A program made the translations under genes and the position numbers. The notes beneath the pieces are model-generated. The model had not been told where the DNA came from. It saw only the letters and a list, made by a program, of their open reading frames with translations, and did no database searches. DNA of 64,000 nt from Malacoraja senta (taxonomy: Eukaryota), in NCBI GenBank assembly GCA_038087875.1, contig JAXLNO010000309.1:1-64000 (forward strand). Reading direction: 5' to 3'. Positions 12,715 to 23,975 of the stretch are shown here, in pieces (within the stretch, counting starts at the first letter, position 1; each line of letters starts with the position of its first letter).

Positions 12715-13844
12715 ACGACACTTCCCTACCATTCCTTGACCTCACTATCTCCATCGCAGGTGATAGACTTCTTACCGACATCCACTACAAACCTACCGAC
12801 TCCCATGGCTATCTGGACTACACTTCTTCCCACCCTGCTTCCTGTAAGGACTCCATCCCCCACTCCCAATTCCTCCGTCTACGCCGCATCTGCTCCCAGG
12901 ATGAGGCGTTCCACACCAGGGCATCCGAAATGTCCTCATTCTTCAGGGAACGGGGGTTCCCCTCCTCCACCATAGATGAGGCTCGCACCAGGGTCTCAGC
13001 CATACCCCGCAACACTGCTCTCTCTCCCCATCCCCCCACTCACAAGGGAAGAGTCCCCCTAGTCCTCACCTTTCACCCCACCAGCCGTCACATACAACAA
13101 GTGATCCTCCGTCAGTTTCGCCACCTCCAATGTGACCCCACCACTCGCCACATCTTCCCAACTCCCCCCATGTCTGCCTTCCGCAAAGACCGCTCCCTCC
13201 GTAACTCCCTTGTCAATTCTTCCCTTCCCTCCCATACCACCCCCTCCCCGGGTACTTTCCCTTGCAACCGCAAGAGATGCAACACTTGTCCCTTCACCTC
13301 CCCCCTCGATTCCATTCAAGGACCTAAGCAGTCGTTCCAGGTGCGACAGAGGTTCACCTGCATCTCCTCCAACCTCATCTATTGCATCCGCTGCTCTAGA
13401 TGCCAGCTGATCTACATCGGTGAGACCAAGCGGAGGCTTGGCGATCGTTTCGCCGAACACCTCCGGTCGGTCCGCAATAACCAACCTGACCTCCCAGTGG
13501 CTCAGCACTTCAACTCCCCTCTCTGTCCTGCATCTCCTCCATGGCCACAGCGAGCAACACCGGAAATTGGAGGAAATGCACCTCATATTCCGCTTGGGCA
13601 GTCTACATCCTGGGGGCTTGAACATTGAATTCTCCCAATTCTGCTAGCCCTTGCTGTCCCCTCCCCTTCATCAGCCCTCTGGTTGTCTCCTCCCCCAGCC
13701 ATCGGGCTCCTCCTCCGCCTTTTTTCCTTTCTTCTCCCCACCCCCTATCAGTCTGAAGAAGGGTTTCGGCCCAAAACGTTGCCTATTTCCTTTGCTCCAT
13801 AGATGCTGCTGCACCCGCTGAGTTTCTCCAGCATTTTTGTGTAC
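12715..13844 (+). mobile_element. 5'-truncated Penelope-like retroelement (RT end, GIY-YIG endonuclease, terminal repeat) with 10-bp TSD
   Basis: ORF 12654..13628: PFLDL, YKPTD, CNRKRCNTC, NLIYCIRC..IYIGETKRRLGDRFAEH; GTCCTATTTT at 12705-12714 and 13845-13854. Confidence 0.92.
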
Positions 13845-13916
13845 GTCCTATTTTCTATGTTTCTTTGTTTTACTATTGCTGCGGCCTCCACCACCATCCC
13901 TGGTAGTATGTTCCAG

Positions 13917-14130
13917 GATAGACACAAAAAGCTGGAGTAACACAGCGGCTCAGACAACACCTCTGGAGAAAAGGAATAGCGACGTTTCGGATCGAGACCC
14001 TTCAGACTGGCCTGAAGAAGGGTCTCGACCTGAAATGTTGCCTATTCCTTTTCTCCAGAGATGCTGTCTGACCCGCTCAGTTACTCCAGCTTTTTGTGTC
14101 TATCTTTGGTTTAAACCAGCATCTGCAGTT
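13917..14130. repeat. palindromic (head-to-head) pair of Penelope terminal-repeat units; representative of a family with many copies in the window
   Basis: gatagacacaaaaagctggagtaac...cttcag followed by ctgaagaag...gttactccagctttttgtgtctatc; similar structures at 21780-21957 and 22181-22360. Confidence 0.75.
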
Positions 14131-15686
14131 CTGGAGTAACTCAGCGGGTCGGGCAGCATCTCTAGAGAAAAAGGATAGGTGACGCTATAGGTCTGAATAT
14201 AGAAACATGGAGAATAGGTGGAGGAGTAGGCCACTCGGCCCTTCGCCATTCAACATGATCACGGTTGATCATCCAGAATCAGTACCCTGTTCCCGATTTC
14301 TCCCCACATTCTTTGATTCCATTAGCCCTAAGAGCTCTCTTGAATACATCAAGTGAATTGGCCTCCACTGCCTTCTGTGGCAGAGAATTCCATAGATTCA
14401 CAACTCTGTACTTAAACTGTGATCCCTGGTTCTGGACTCCCCCAATATCAGGAACATTTTTCCTACATCTAGCCTGTCCAATCCCTTAATCATTTAATAT
14501 GTTTCTTTCAGATCCCCTCTCATCCTTCGAAATTCCCATGAATATAAGCCCACTCGATCCAATCTTTCATCATATGTTAACCCTGCCATCCCGGGAATTA
14601 ACCAGGTGAACCTAATCCACACTCCCTCAATAGCAAGAATGTCCTTCCTCAAATTAGCAGACCAGTTGCGATCTCATCAGGGCCCTGTCCTACTGCAGTA
14701 GGACCTCGTTGCTCCTATGCTCAACTCCTCTTTTTATGACGGTCAACAGGCCATTTGCTTTCTTCACTGCCTGCTGTACCTGCATGCTTACTTTCAGTAA
14801 CTAATGTATTAGGACACGCAGGTCTCGTTGCAACTCCCCTTTTTCTAATCTGACACCATTCAGATAATCATCTGCCTTCTTATTCTTGCCACCAAAGTGG
14901 ATAACCTCACATGTATCCACATTATACTGCATCTGCCCACTCACCCATCCAAGGGATGAATCTGCCCACTCACCTATCCAAGTCACCCTGCAATCTCATA
15001 AAATCCTCCTCGCAGCTCACACTGCCATCCAGCTTTGTGTCATCCACAAACTTGGAGATGTTACATTTAATTCCTTTGACTAAATTGTTAATATATATTG
15101 TACATAACTGGGATCCCAGCACCGAGCCTTGGGGCAACCCACTAGTCACTGCCTGCCATTCTGAAAATAACCCTTTGCTTCTTGTCTACCAACCAGATCT
15201 CTATTCATGTCAATACCCTACTCCCAATACCATGTGCTCTAATTTTGTACACTAATCTCTTGTGTGGGACTTGTCAAAGGCTTTTTAAAGTCCAAACACT
15301 CCACTCCCACTGGCTCTCCCTTATCCATTCTTCTGTCACCTGTCAGTGCTTTCCAAATGCGCTGCTATTACATCTTTAATAATCGACTCAAGCATCTTCC
15401 CCACTAACGGTCAGGCTAACTGGTCTATAATTCCCTGTTTTCTCTCTATTTTATTAAAAGTTGGTTTACATTAGCTACCTTCCAGTCCACAGGAACTGAT
15501 GCAGAGTCTGTAGAACATTGGACAATGATCACCAATGCATCCATGATTTCTAGGGCCACCTCCTTGAGTACTCTGGGATACAGACCATCAGGCCTTGGTG
15601 ATTTATCTGTCTTAAGTCCTAACAGTTTACCCAACAGAATTTCAGGACTAATGTGAATTTCCTTCAGTTCCTCCGTCACGCTAGAT

Positions 15687-16341
15687 CAGGGGTCGGCAAC
15701 CCAGGCCGATTGCGGCCCGTAACCCAAAATCATCCGGCCCGCAGGTGGATTTTCCCCCCCGTAATCATCCGGCCCGTCGAGCGCCCTGAGCAGATGCCGA
15801 GCGCCCCGAGCAGCGGCGCACCGAGCAGCGGCCGAGCGCCCCAAGCAGCAGGGCACCGAGCAGCGACGCAGCGACGGAGCGACCCGAGCAGCAACGCCCC
15901 GAGCAGCGGTCGAGCGCCCCAAGCAGCAGGGCACCGAGCAGCGACGCAGCGACCGAGCGCCCCGAGCAGCGGTCGAGCGCCCCGAGCAATGGTCGAGCGC
16001 CCCGAGCAGTGGTCGAGCGCCCCGAGCAGCAACGCCTCGAGTGCCTCGAGCGCGGCCGAGCTCTGGCTGTACCGCTTCCTGCACAAAGTCGCCAGCACGG
16101 CCACACACCTTCTGTGAACCCGTTTAAGAAAGAACTGGCTATGCTGGAAAAATCGAAGGTAGACAAAAATGCTTGCATGTCTCACCCGCTGAGTTTCTCC
16201 AGCATTGTTGTCTACCTTCTGTGAACACGTGATGCCTGCCATCCGGGGCAGGATCCATGTGTACACGTGATAGATATACCCCGCCATCCGCTCACAGACA
16301 TGCGTCCCGGCTCCTATGCAGAACAAGGTTGCCGACCCCTG
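15687..16341. mobile_element. non-autonomous hAT (Charlie-like) MITE, 655 bp
   Basis: perfect 15-bp TIR CAGGGGTCGGCAACC / GGTTGCCGACCCCTG; perfect 8-bp TSD CGCTAGAT (15679-15686, 16342-16349). Confidence 0.92.
15775..16060. repeat. GC-rich about 20-bp tandem repeat inside the hAT MITE
   Basis: GGTCGAGCGCCCCGAGCAGC repeated with variants, plus a higher-order duplication (15821-15875 resembles 15899-15952). Confidence 0.85.
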
Positions 16342-19300
16342 CGCTAGATCCTCGGTCCCCATGTATTTCAGGGAGATTGTATCTTCCTTAGTGAAGACAG
16401 AACCAAAGTACTTGTTTAACTGGTCTGCCATTTCCTTGATTACCATTATAAATTCACCTGTTTCTGACTGTAAGAGACCTACATTTGTCTTCACTAATCT
16501 TTTCCCCTTCACACATCTAAAGAAGCTTTTACAGTCAGTTTTTGTGTTCCCCGCAAGCTTTCTTTCATGCTCTATATTTCCACTGTTAATCAACCCCTTT
16601 GTCCTCCTCTGTTGAATTCTAAATTTCTCCCAGTCCCCCAGTTTGCTGCTTCCTCTGGTCAATTTATGTGCCTCTTCCTTGGATTTAGCACTATCCCTAA
16701 TTTCCCTCGTTAGCCACGATTGAGCCGCCTTCCCTGTTATATCTTTACGCCAGACAGGGATGACCAATTGTTGTAATTCACCCATCCATTAAATCTTTAC
16801 CATTGCATATCCACCGTCAACGCTTTAAGTATCATTTGCCAGTCTATCCCAGGCAATTCCTGTCTCATACCATCAAAGTTACCTTTCCTTAAGTTCAGGA
16901 CCCTTGTCTCTGAATTAACTGTGTTACTCTCCATCTTAATGCAGAATTCTACCATATTATGGTCACTGTTGCCCAAGAGGCTTTGCACAACAAGATTGCT
17001 AACTAATCCTTCCTCATGGCACAATATCCAGTCCAGGATGGCCTGCCCTCTAGTTGGTTCCTCTACATATTGGTTTAGAATGTTTCCGATCTGAAACATC
17101 ACATCCTTTTTCTCCGGAGATGCCGGCTGAGCCGCTGACGACCCCAGCACTTTGTGTCTATTGTTGGTTCTCCTTGTACATGGTTTGCAAAAGGCTGAAA
17201 TGCAGGCACAGCAAATAATTGGGCCAGCTAGAAGTGTTTTTGCAATGAAAATTGTATTCATAACTGGGGTGGTTAGGCTTCAGGGCTTTGATGAACAAGT
17301 GTGTTGCAGACACTCAATGACCTATGTGTATAAACTTGCTCCACACATCTACTTGAAACTTTGCCCCTCTCACCTTAAAGCTATACCCTCTAGTATTTGG
17401 TATTTCTTAACCTGGGAAATAGGTTCTGTCAACCTTATCTATGCTTCCCGTCATTTTATTTACTTCAATCAGTCCACCTTGCAACCTCTGGCATTCCAGA
17501 GAAAAAAAAATCCAAGACTGTTCAACCCTTCCCTGTTTCTAAAACCTCCCTAAGCCAGGCATCATTTTGTTAAACACAAAATGCTGCAGTAACTCAGTGG
17601 GTCAGGCAGCATCATGATGCTGAGTTACTCCAGCATCTTGTGTCTATCTTAGGCAAATTCAAGCACCTGCAGTTCCTTTTTATTATATCATTCTGGTAAA
17701 CCCCTTCTGCACCCTTTCCATAGCCTCCACATTCTGTATCGGGCCAACCAGAACTGCTTGCAATACTCCATGCCGATCATTGGTCACCGCTTCATATCCG
17801 ACACACTAGCGAAATGTATGGAAGCCAATTAACTTGCAAACCTGCCCGTCTTTAGAATGTGGGAGGAAACTGGAGCACCCGGAGAAAACTCACGTGGTCA
17901 CAGGGAGAATGTACAAACTCCCTACAGACTGCACCTGTAACCACGATCAAACCGGGTCTCTGGTGCTGAACCCGGTGGGCCAAAAGGCCAGTTTCCGCAC
18001 TGCATCTCTAAAGTCTACCGCTGCACCACTCTGGAATTCACAGAGACCAATTATTCTACACACCTGCACACCTTCGGATGTGAGAGGAAACCTATGCGAC
18101 AACACTCCACTCAGACAGCACCCAAGGTCAAGATCAAACCCAGATCTCTAATACTGTGAGGCACCAGCTTGATCAGCTGCACCACACAGTGGAAGCAAAG
18201 TCACAACGGCACTTCAATAAAGGGGTAAAAAGTTATGGGCATAGACAGGAATGGTAACAATCACATCAGCCATGATCAGCCATGATCAAGTCGAATTGAG
18301 TCGAGTTTATTGTCATATGCACAAGAATGGTGAGGTATAGCTTGCATTAGACAGACAACACACAAAATCATAAATCAAAGATAATCTACACATAAATTCT
18401 ATACGACAACTAAAGGAAAGCAAACAACTGCATAAAAAACAAGGCATCAATGCAAAACACAATTTGAAAAACCACTCCATGGTAACACATGTGTGGTCTT
18501 TCGTGTTCCATTGTGGAGGTCTGATTAGGTCAGTTCAAGAACCTGATGGTTGTAGGAAAGTAGCTGTTCCTGAATCTACTGGTGTGGGACTTCAGGCACC
18601 TGTACCTGCTGCCCGATGGTAGCATCTTTTTAGATGTGTTGCATGGACGGCAGGGCTGTGCCCATGATGGACTGGGCTGATTCCACCACTCTCTGCAGCG
18701 CCTTGCGTTCCTGTGTATTGAAATTGCCGTGCCAGGCCACGATGTAATCTATTGTATCCTGATTCCCTGTACCTCAGTGAAACTGAACTGAACTGTGGAG
18801 CATTTCTACAGTGCATATACATATATATATATATATACATTTTGATACATGGAACTAAAGATACTGGACCCTGGAGAAAAACACAAAGTGCTGGAGTAGC
18901 TCAGTGGGTGAGGCAGCATCTGTAGACTGAGTGGATAGATGGGTGACGGTTCTGGTCGGGAATGAAGAAGGGTCCCGAACCAAAACATCACCTCTCTATT
19001 TCCTCCTCAGGTGCAGCCTGACCTGCTGAGTTACTCTGCATTTTGAGTTTTGTATAGGTTTGTCAGCGTATTTGGTGACTTGCTGAATCTCTTTAAATCT
19101 CAAGGAAATGTCTCTGCTTTCATCTGTGTGCTGGGCTTTTGAAAAGTTCAGTGGGCCGAGCAGCCTCACTGCCCCTAATGTCTCGAGGCCCAAGGGGAGT
19201 CTGGCCTTAATGTGCACTGGGTAGGGATGGAACAATGCAAACACAGATTCACATACACATACACAATGATACAACTCCTTCATTGAATACTTGCACTCGG

Positions 19301-20655
19301 TCCATCAAAGCCTTCTGGATCTCTCGGTTGCGAACCATTTAACTCCCCTTCCCATTCCAAACCTGACCTCGACCCGAAACGTCACCTATTCCTTTTCTCC
19401 AGAGATGCCGCCTGACCCGATGAGTTACTCCATCATTTTGTGTCTATCTTCAATCCAAAACTGACCTTTCTCTCTCGGGCCTCCTCCATTGCCAGAGTGG
19501 GGCAATTTGCAAACTGGAGGAGTAGCCCCTCATATTCCATTTTGACAGCTTAAAACCCAACAATATGAACAGTAAATTCTCCAGATTTAAGTAACCTCCC
19601 CCCACCAACCCCACCCCCCCATGCCCCCTCAATTTCCAGTGAACCCACTCCCAGTTTCCATCCTTTACTTTCACCACCCTAACCCACTTTTTCCCCTTTC
19701 CCCTTCCATCTATATCCCTCTCTCTTCTTCTTATCGAGTCCATACACAAGATTAGAAGTTGTTCATCCAGAGCTGAACACCCTTCTCGTCATCTGCATAC
19801 AATGGTGTCTGTCCTGCGCTTCTTGTGCTTCTTGTGCATGGTGGTGGACAGATTGGTGGAAACAGGGTCGCGACGTGAACGCTCTTTCCTTGAGCCCTAT
19901 CCCTCTCTCTGGCTTTACATTTCACTCATTTTCCCTGACACCCTTTTGTCTACTTTTCATCTCTTGCCTTTGTCCACCCATCTGTCAATCTCTACCCCTC
20001 CCCCTCACCTGTATCCACCCATCACATGCCAGGATTTGTCCTGCCCCCACCTCTCTCTATTTTCAGCTTTCTCCACCCCCCTCCCCCTCCCCCCTACTAC
20101 TAGTCCGAAGAAAGATCCAGATCCAAAATATCACCTATCTATTCCCTCTGAGTTCCTCCTGCACTTTGTATTTCACTCAAGCTTGTGCCTCCAGCGATAT
20201 AGTGAATCTGTACCAATCATTTACACTAATCTCATTTCATTCTCCCCAATTTGCCTAGACTCCAGCAACCACCCACATTACATTTTAAATGTTTTATTTT
20301 TTTCCCTTAGGGTTTTTTTCAAATTGAGGAGAATCGCTATATCGACAAATGCTCTTGAGCTTTCGCAAGTGTACAGCAGAGAACATGTTGAACAGTTACA
20401 TCACGGCCTGGTTCAGCAACTCGAACGCCCAGGAATGAAGCAGATGACAAAAAGTGGTAAACACTGGCCAGTCCCTCTCCCCACCACATGCTGGAGTAAA
20501 TCAGCGGGTCGGGTAACATCTCGGGAGTAGAGAATAGGCTGCCTGACCCGCTGAGCAACTCCAGCATTGTTGTGTCTAACTTGAAATCTGCAGATTTGTG
20601 CAAAGAAATGTACCGGAAATCGTCGCTTTTCCGGGACTCGGAGAGGGCGACAGCA

Positions 20656-21070
20656 ATGGCGAGCATAGACGTGATACAGTCGATGAAAGATGAGGCGCTT
20701 TGCCCCATCTGCTTGGATTTCTTTGTCGATCCTGTAACGATAGACTGCGGCCACAATTACTGCCGGACCTGCATCGTCCGCCACTGGCAGTCGGAGCGAG
20801 GGACGATCACTTGTCCGCAGTGCCGGGCGCTGCTGCCCGAGAAGACGCTCAGACCCAACCCGGTTCGTGTCCAACATAGTGGAGAATGTAATGAAGCTCA
20901 GACTGGACGAGGCGGTGGTTCAGACGGAGCTTCGCTGCCAGGAGCACGACGAGAGGCTGAAGGTTTACTGCAGCGATGACCGGAGGCCGATCTGTGTGGT
21001 TTGCGCCACGTCCCGCGATCACCAGGGCCACTGCACCAGCCCGATTGGCGAGGCCGCTGAACTCCATAAG
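20656..21070 (+). CDS. TRIM-B exon 1: C3HC4 RING plus B-box2, with a +1 frameshift at 20859-20861
   Basis: MASIDVIQSMKDEALCPICLDFFVDPVTIDCGHNYCRTCI...CPQCR (ORF 20572..20979) continues in another frame as FVSNIVE...CQEHDERLKVYCSDDRRPICVVCATSRDHQGH...EAAELHK (ORF 20867..21313); aag|gtagg donor. Confidence 0.92.
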
Positions 21071-21149
21071 GTAGGAATCCGCGCTCACAGTAAACTTCCA
21101 CAGGGTGGAAACAGACCTCTCTGTCCACCCAGTCCTCACCCAGCATGTA

Positions 21150-23220
21150 GCACAGAGAGTAGTACAGGACAGGAACAGGCCCTTCGGCCCACAGTGTCAC
21201 AGAATGTAGAAAAGTACAGGACAGGAACAGGCCCTTCGGCCCACAGTGTCACAGAATGTAGAAAAGTACAGGACAGGAACAGGCCCTTCGGCTCACAGTG
21301 TCACAGAATGTAGAAAAGTAGAGCACAGAAACAGGCCCTTCGGCCCACTGTCAGAGCACATAGAAAAGTATAGCAGAGGTCCTTCGGCCTACTGTGTCAT
21401 AGAACATTGCAAAGTACAGCACAGGAACAGGCCCTTCGGCCCACTGTCAGAGCAGATAGAACAGTACAGCGCAGGTCCTTCGGACCACAGTGTCATAGAA
21501 CATAAAACATTACAGCAGAGGAACAGGCCATTCGGCCCACTCTGTTAGGGACTGTAGAATAGTACGGCACAGGAACAGGCCCTTCGGCCCACTCTGTTAG
21601 AGAATATAGAATAGTACAGCACATGAACATGCACTTCAGCTCATAGTGTCATAGAATGTAGAACAGTATAGTACAGGAACAGGCCCATCAGCCCACTGTC
21701 AGAGAATATAGAAGAGTGCAGCACAGAAACAGGCCCTGTGACCCAAAGTGTCATAGAACACAGAAAAGTACAGTGGAGGAAGGAACTGCAGATGCTGGTT
21801 TAATCCAAAGATAGATACAAAATGGTGGAGTAACTCAGGGGGACAGGCAGTATCGGTAGAGAGATGTTTTGGGTCGTCTTGACCCGAAACGTGAACCATT
21901 CCTTCTCTCCAGGGATGCTCCCTGTCCTGCTGAGTTACTCCAGCATCTTGTGTCTTCTAATAAAAAAAAGTGCTGTGCAGGAACAGGCCCTTCGGCCCAC
22001 TGTGTCATAGAATATAGTACAGTAAAGAAACAGGCCTTTCGGCCCACTGTGTCATAGAATATAGTACAGTACAGTAAAGAAAGGCCTTTCGGCCCACTGT
22101 GTCATAGAATATAGAAAAGTACAGCACAGGAACAGGCCCTTCGGCCTACAGTATCATAGAATTTAGAAAAGTAGAGTGTAGGAAGGAACTGCAGATGCTG
22201 GGTTAAACTGAAGATAGACACAAAATGCTGGAGTAACTCAGCAAGACAGGCAGTATCGCTAGGGAAAATGGGTCGTCTCGACCCAAAATGTCAACAATTC
22301 CTTCTCTCAAGAGATGCTGCCTGAGCCGCTGAGTTACTCCAGCAATTTGTGTCTATCTTCTCTAATAAATACAGCAGAGGAACAGGCCCTTCGGCCCACA
22401 GTGCCATAGAATACAGAGCAGTATTCAATACAGATGCAGTTGTACAGGGCCCCAATGAGACCACACCTGGAGTGAGGTGAGTCTGTGGAATTCTCTGCCT
22501 CAGAGGGTGGTGGAGGCCGGTTCTCTGGATACTTTCAAGAGAGAGCTAGATAAGGCTCTTAAAGATAGCGAAGTCAGGGGATATGGGGAGAAGGCAGGAA
22601 CGGGGTACTGATTGTGAATGGCCACCCATGATCACATTGAATGGCGGTGCTGGCTCGAAGGGCCAAATGTCCTACTCCTCCACCTATTGTCTATTGTCTA
22701 TAGTACAGAAACAGGCCCTTTGGCCCACAGTGTTATATAACAGAAATATACAGCACAGGAACAGGCCCTTTTGCCGGCAGTGTCATAGAAAGTAGAAAAA
22801 TATAGCACATAAATAGGCCCTACAACCCACTATGTCAAAGAATATAGAAAGGTCACCTCCTTCCAGGGACCCAAACAGACCTTCCAAGTGAGAGAGAGGT
22901 TCACATGCACCTCCCCAAACCTAATCTACTACGATGTAGCTGATTCGGTTTCTTATCCATGTTCTCCAGAGATGCTGCCCGATACGCGGAGTTACTCCAG
23001 CACTTTGTGTCTTTTTACAGGAAAGTACAGCACAGGTGCAGATCTTTCAGCCCCCAGTGTCGTTGGACATAGAAAGGCCCAGCACTAGAGCAGGCCCTTC
23101 AGCCCACAATGTTATAGAATATAGAAAAGTACAGGGCAAGAACTGACCCTACAGCTCACAGTTTCATAGATCATAGAAAAATAGAGCACAGGAACAAGCA
23201 TTTTGACCCACAATATCTGT
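21150..23220. repeat. about 52-bp minisatellite derived from a retroposon 3' tail, interrupted by other repeats
   Basis: unit AGTACAGGACAGGAACAGGCCCTTCGGCCCACAGTGTCACAGAATGTAGAAA is near-perfect three times from 21161, followed by about 20 diverged copies. Confidence 0.9.
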
Positions 23221-23400
23221 GCTGACCATGATGCTGTTTAACTAATCCTCTCTGGTTTAGGTTTATTATTGCAAAGTACGGTGAGAAGCTTTTGTTTACG
23301 TGCTTATCTAATCAAATCAGATAATACTATAAAAGAATAGAATCAAGCCAAACACGAGGAAAATCCAGTACAGAATATAGCTTCTCAGCATTACAATCAG

Positions 23401-23660
23401 GGGTGGCATGGTGGCACAGCGGTAGAGTTACTTCCTCAGCGCCAGAGACCCAGATTCAATCGTGACTATCAGTGCTGTCTAATGAGTTTGTACATTCTCC
23501 CACATGCCAAAGATGTACAGGTTTGTAAGTTAATTTGGCTTCAGTAAAAATTGTAATTTGTCACTCCTGTGTAGGATAGTGCTGATGTACAGGGATCGCT
23601 GATCAGTGCGGACTTGGTGGGCCAAAGGGCCTGTTTCCACTAAACTAAAGTAAACTAAAC
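23401..23660 (+). mobile_element. tRNA-derived SINE
   Basis: same head, core and (AAACT)n tail as other copies, with an internal deletion. Confidence 0.8.
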
Positions 23661-23689
23661 AATGTAACAGTTCCACAGAAAAAGTCCAA

Positions 23690-23975
23690 TGCCTGCAATA
23701 AGGTAGGATAGAAAATCAGGTCTGTTGCCTAGATTTTGAAAGGACCATTCAGAAGTTTAATAAGAGGGGAAGAAGCTGTTTCTGACTCTGAAGGTGCGTT
23801 CTTGCAAGCCTCTGAATCTGCTGCTTGACAGGACCAGGGAGCAGAAGGAATGACCAGGCTTGGAAAGGGCCTCAATTAATTTGGCTGCTCTTCCGAGGCA
23901 GCTTGAAGTATAGATGGAGTTAATGGTGGGGAGAGTGGTCTGTGTGATGGACTGGGTTACATCCACAAATCTCTT
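23690..23975 (-). mobile_element. Rex1/Babar-like LINE 3' remnant (similar pieces at about 18290-18745, 24950-25190 plus 25650-26060, 26290-26880)
   Basis: ORF 23757..24062 ends ...LPTINSIYTSSCLGRAAKLI...PGHSF..L.SSSRFR....RTFRVRNSFFP, resembling the C-terminal signature of this clade as recalled. Confidence 0.6.

Larger units (their letters stand above)
14197..17075 (-). mobile_element. degenerate CR1 LINE (endonuclease end, RT and tail), interrupted by a hAT MITE
   Basis: - strand ORF pieces EEPTRGQAILD..SDHN, KSPRPDGLYPRVLKE and QMQYNVDTCEVIHFG; CR1 tail at the left end. Confidence 0.9.

Noticed and set aside
15653..16785. 351-aa and overlapping ORFs
   Set aside because: Chimeric read-through of CR1 ORF2 remnants into the stop-poor GC-rich tandem repeat of the MITE
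18778..18796. ISRE-like GAAACTGAACTGAAC upstream of TRIM-B
   Set aside because: Imperfect match, and explained as an (AACTG)n retroposon tail
19802..20530. 242-aa ORF upstream of TRIM-B
   Set aside because: Low-complexity pyrimidine-rich and repeat-derived sequence with no recognisable domain
21150..23220. CRISPR-like appearance (palindromic repeat with variable intervening sequence)
   Set aside because: The intervening sequences are diverged copies of one another, the unit derives from a retroposon tail, there are no cas genes, and the context is a vertebrate intron
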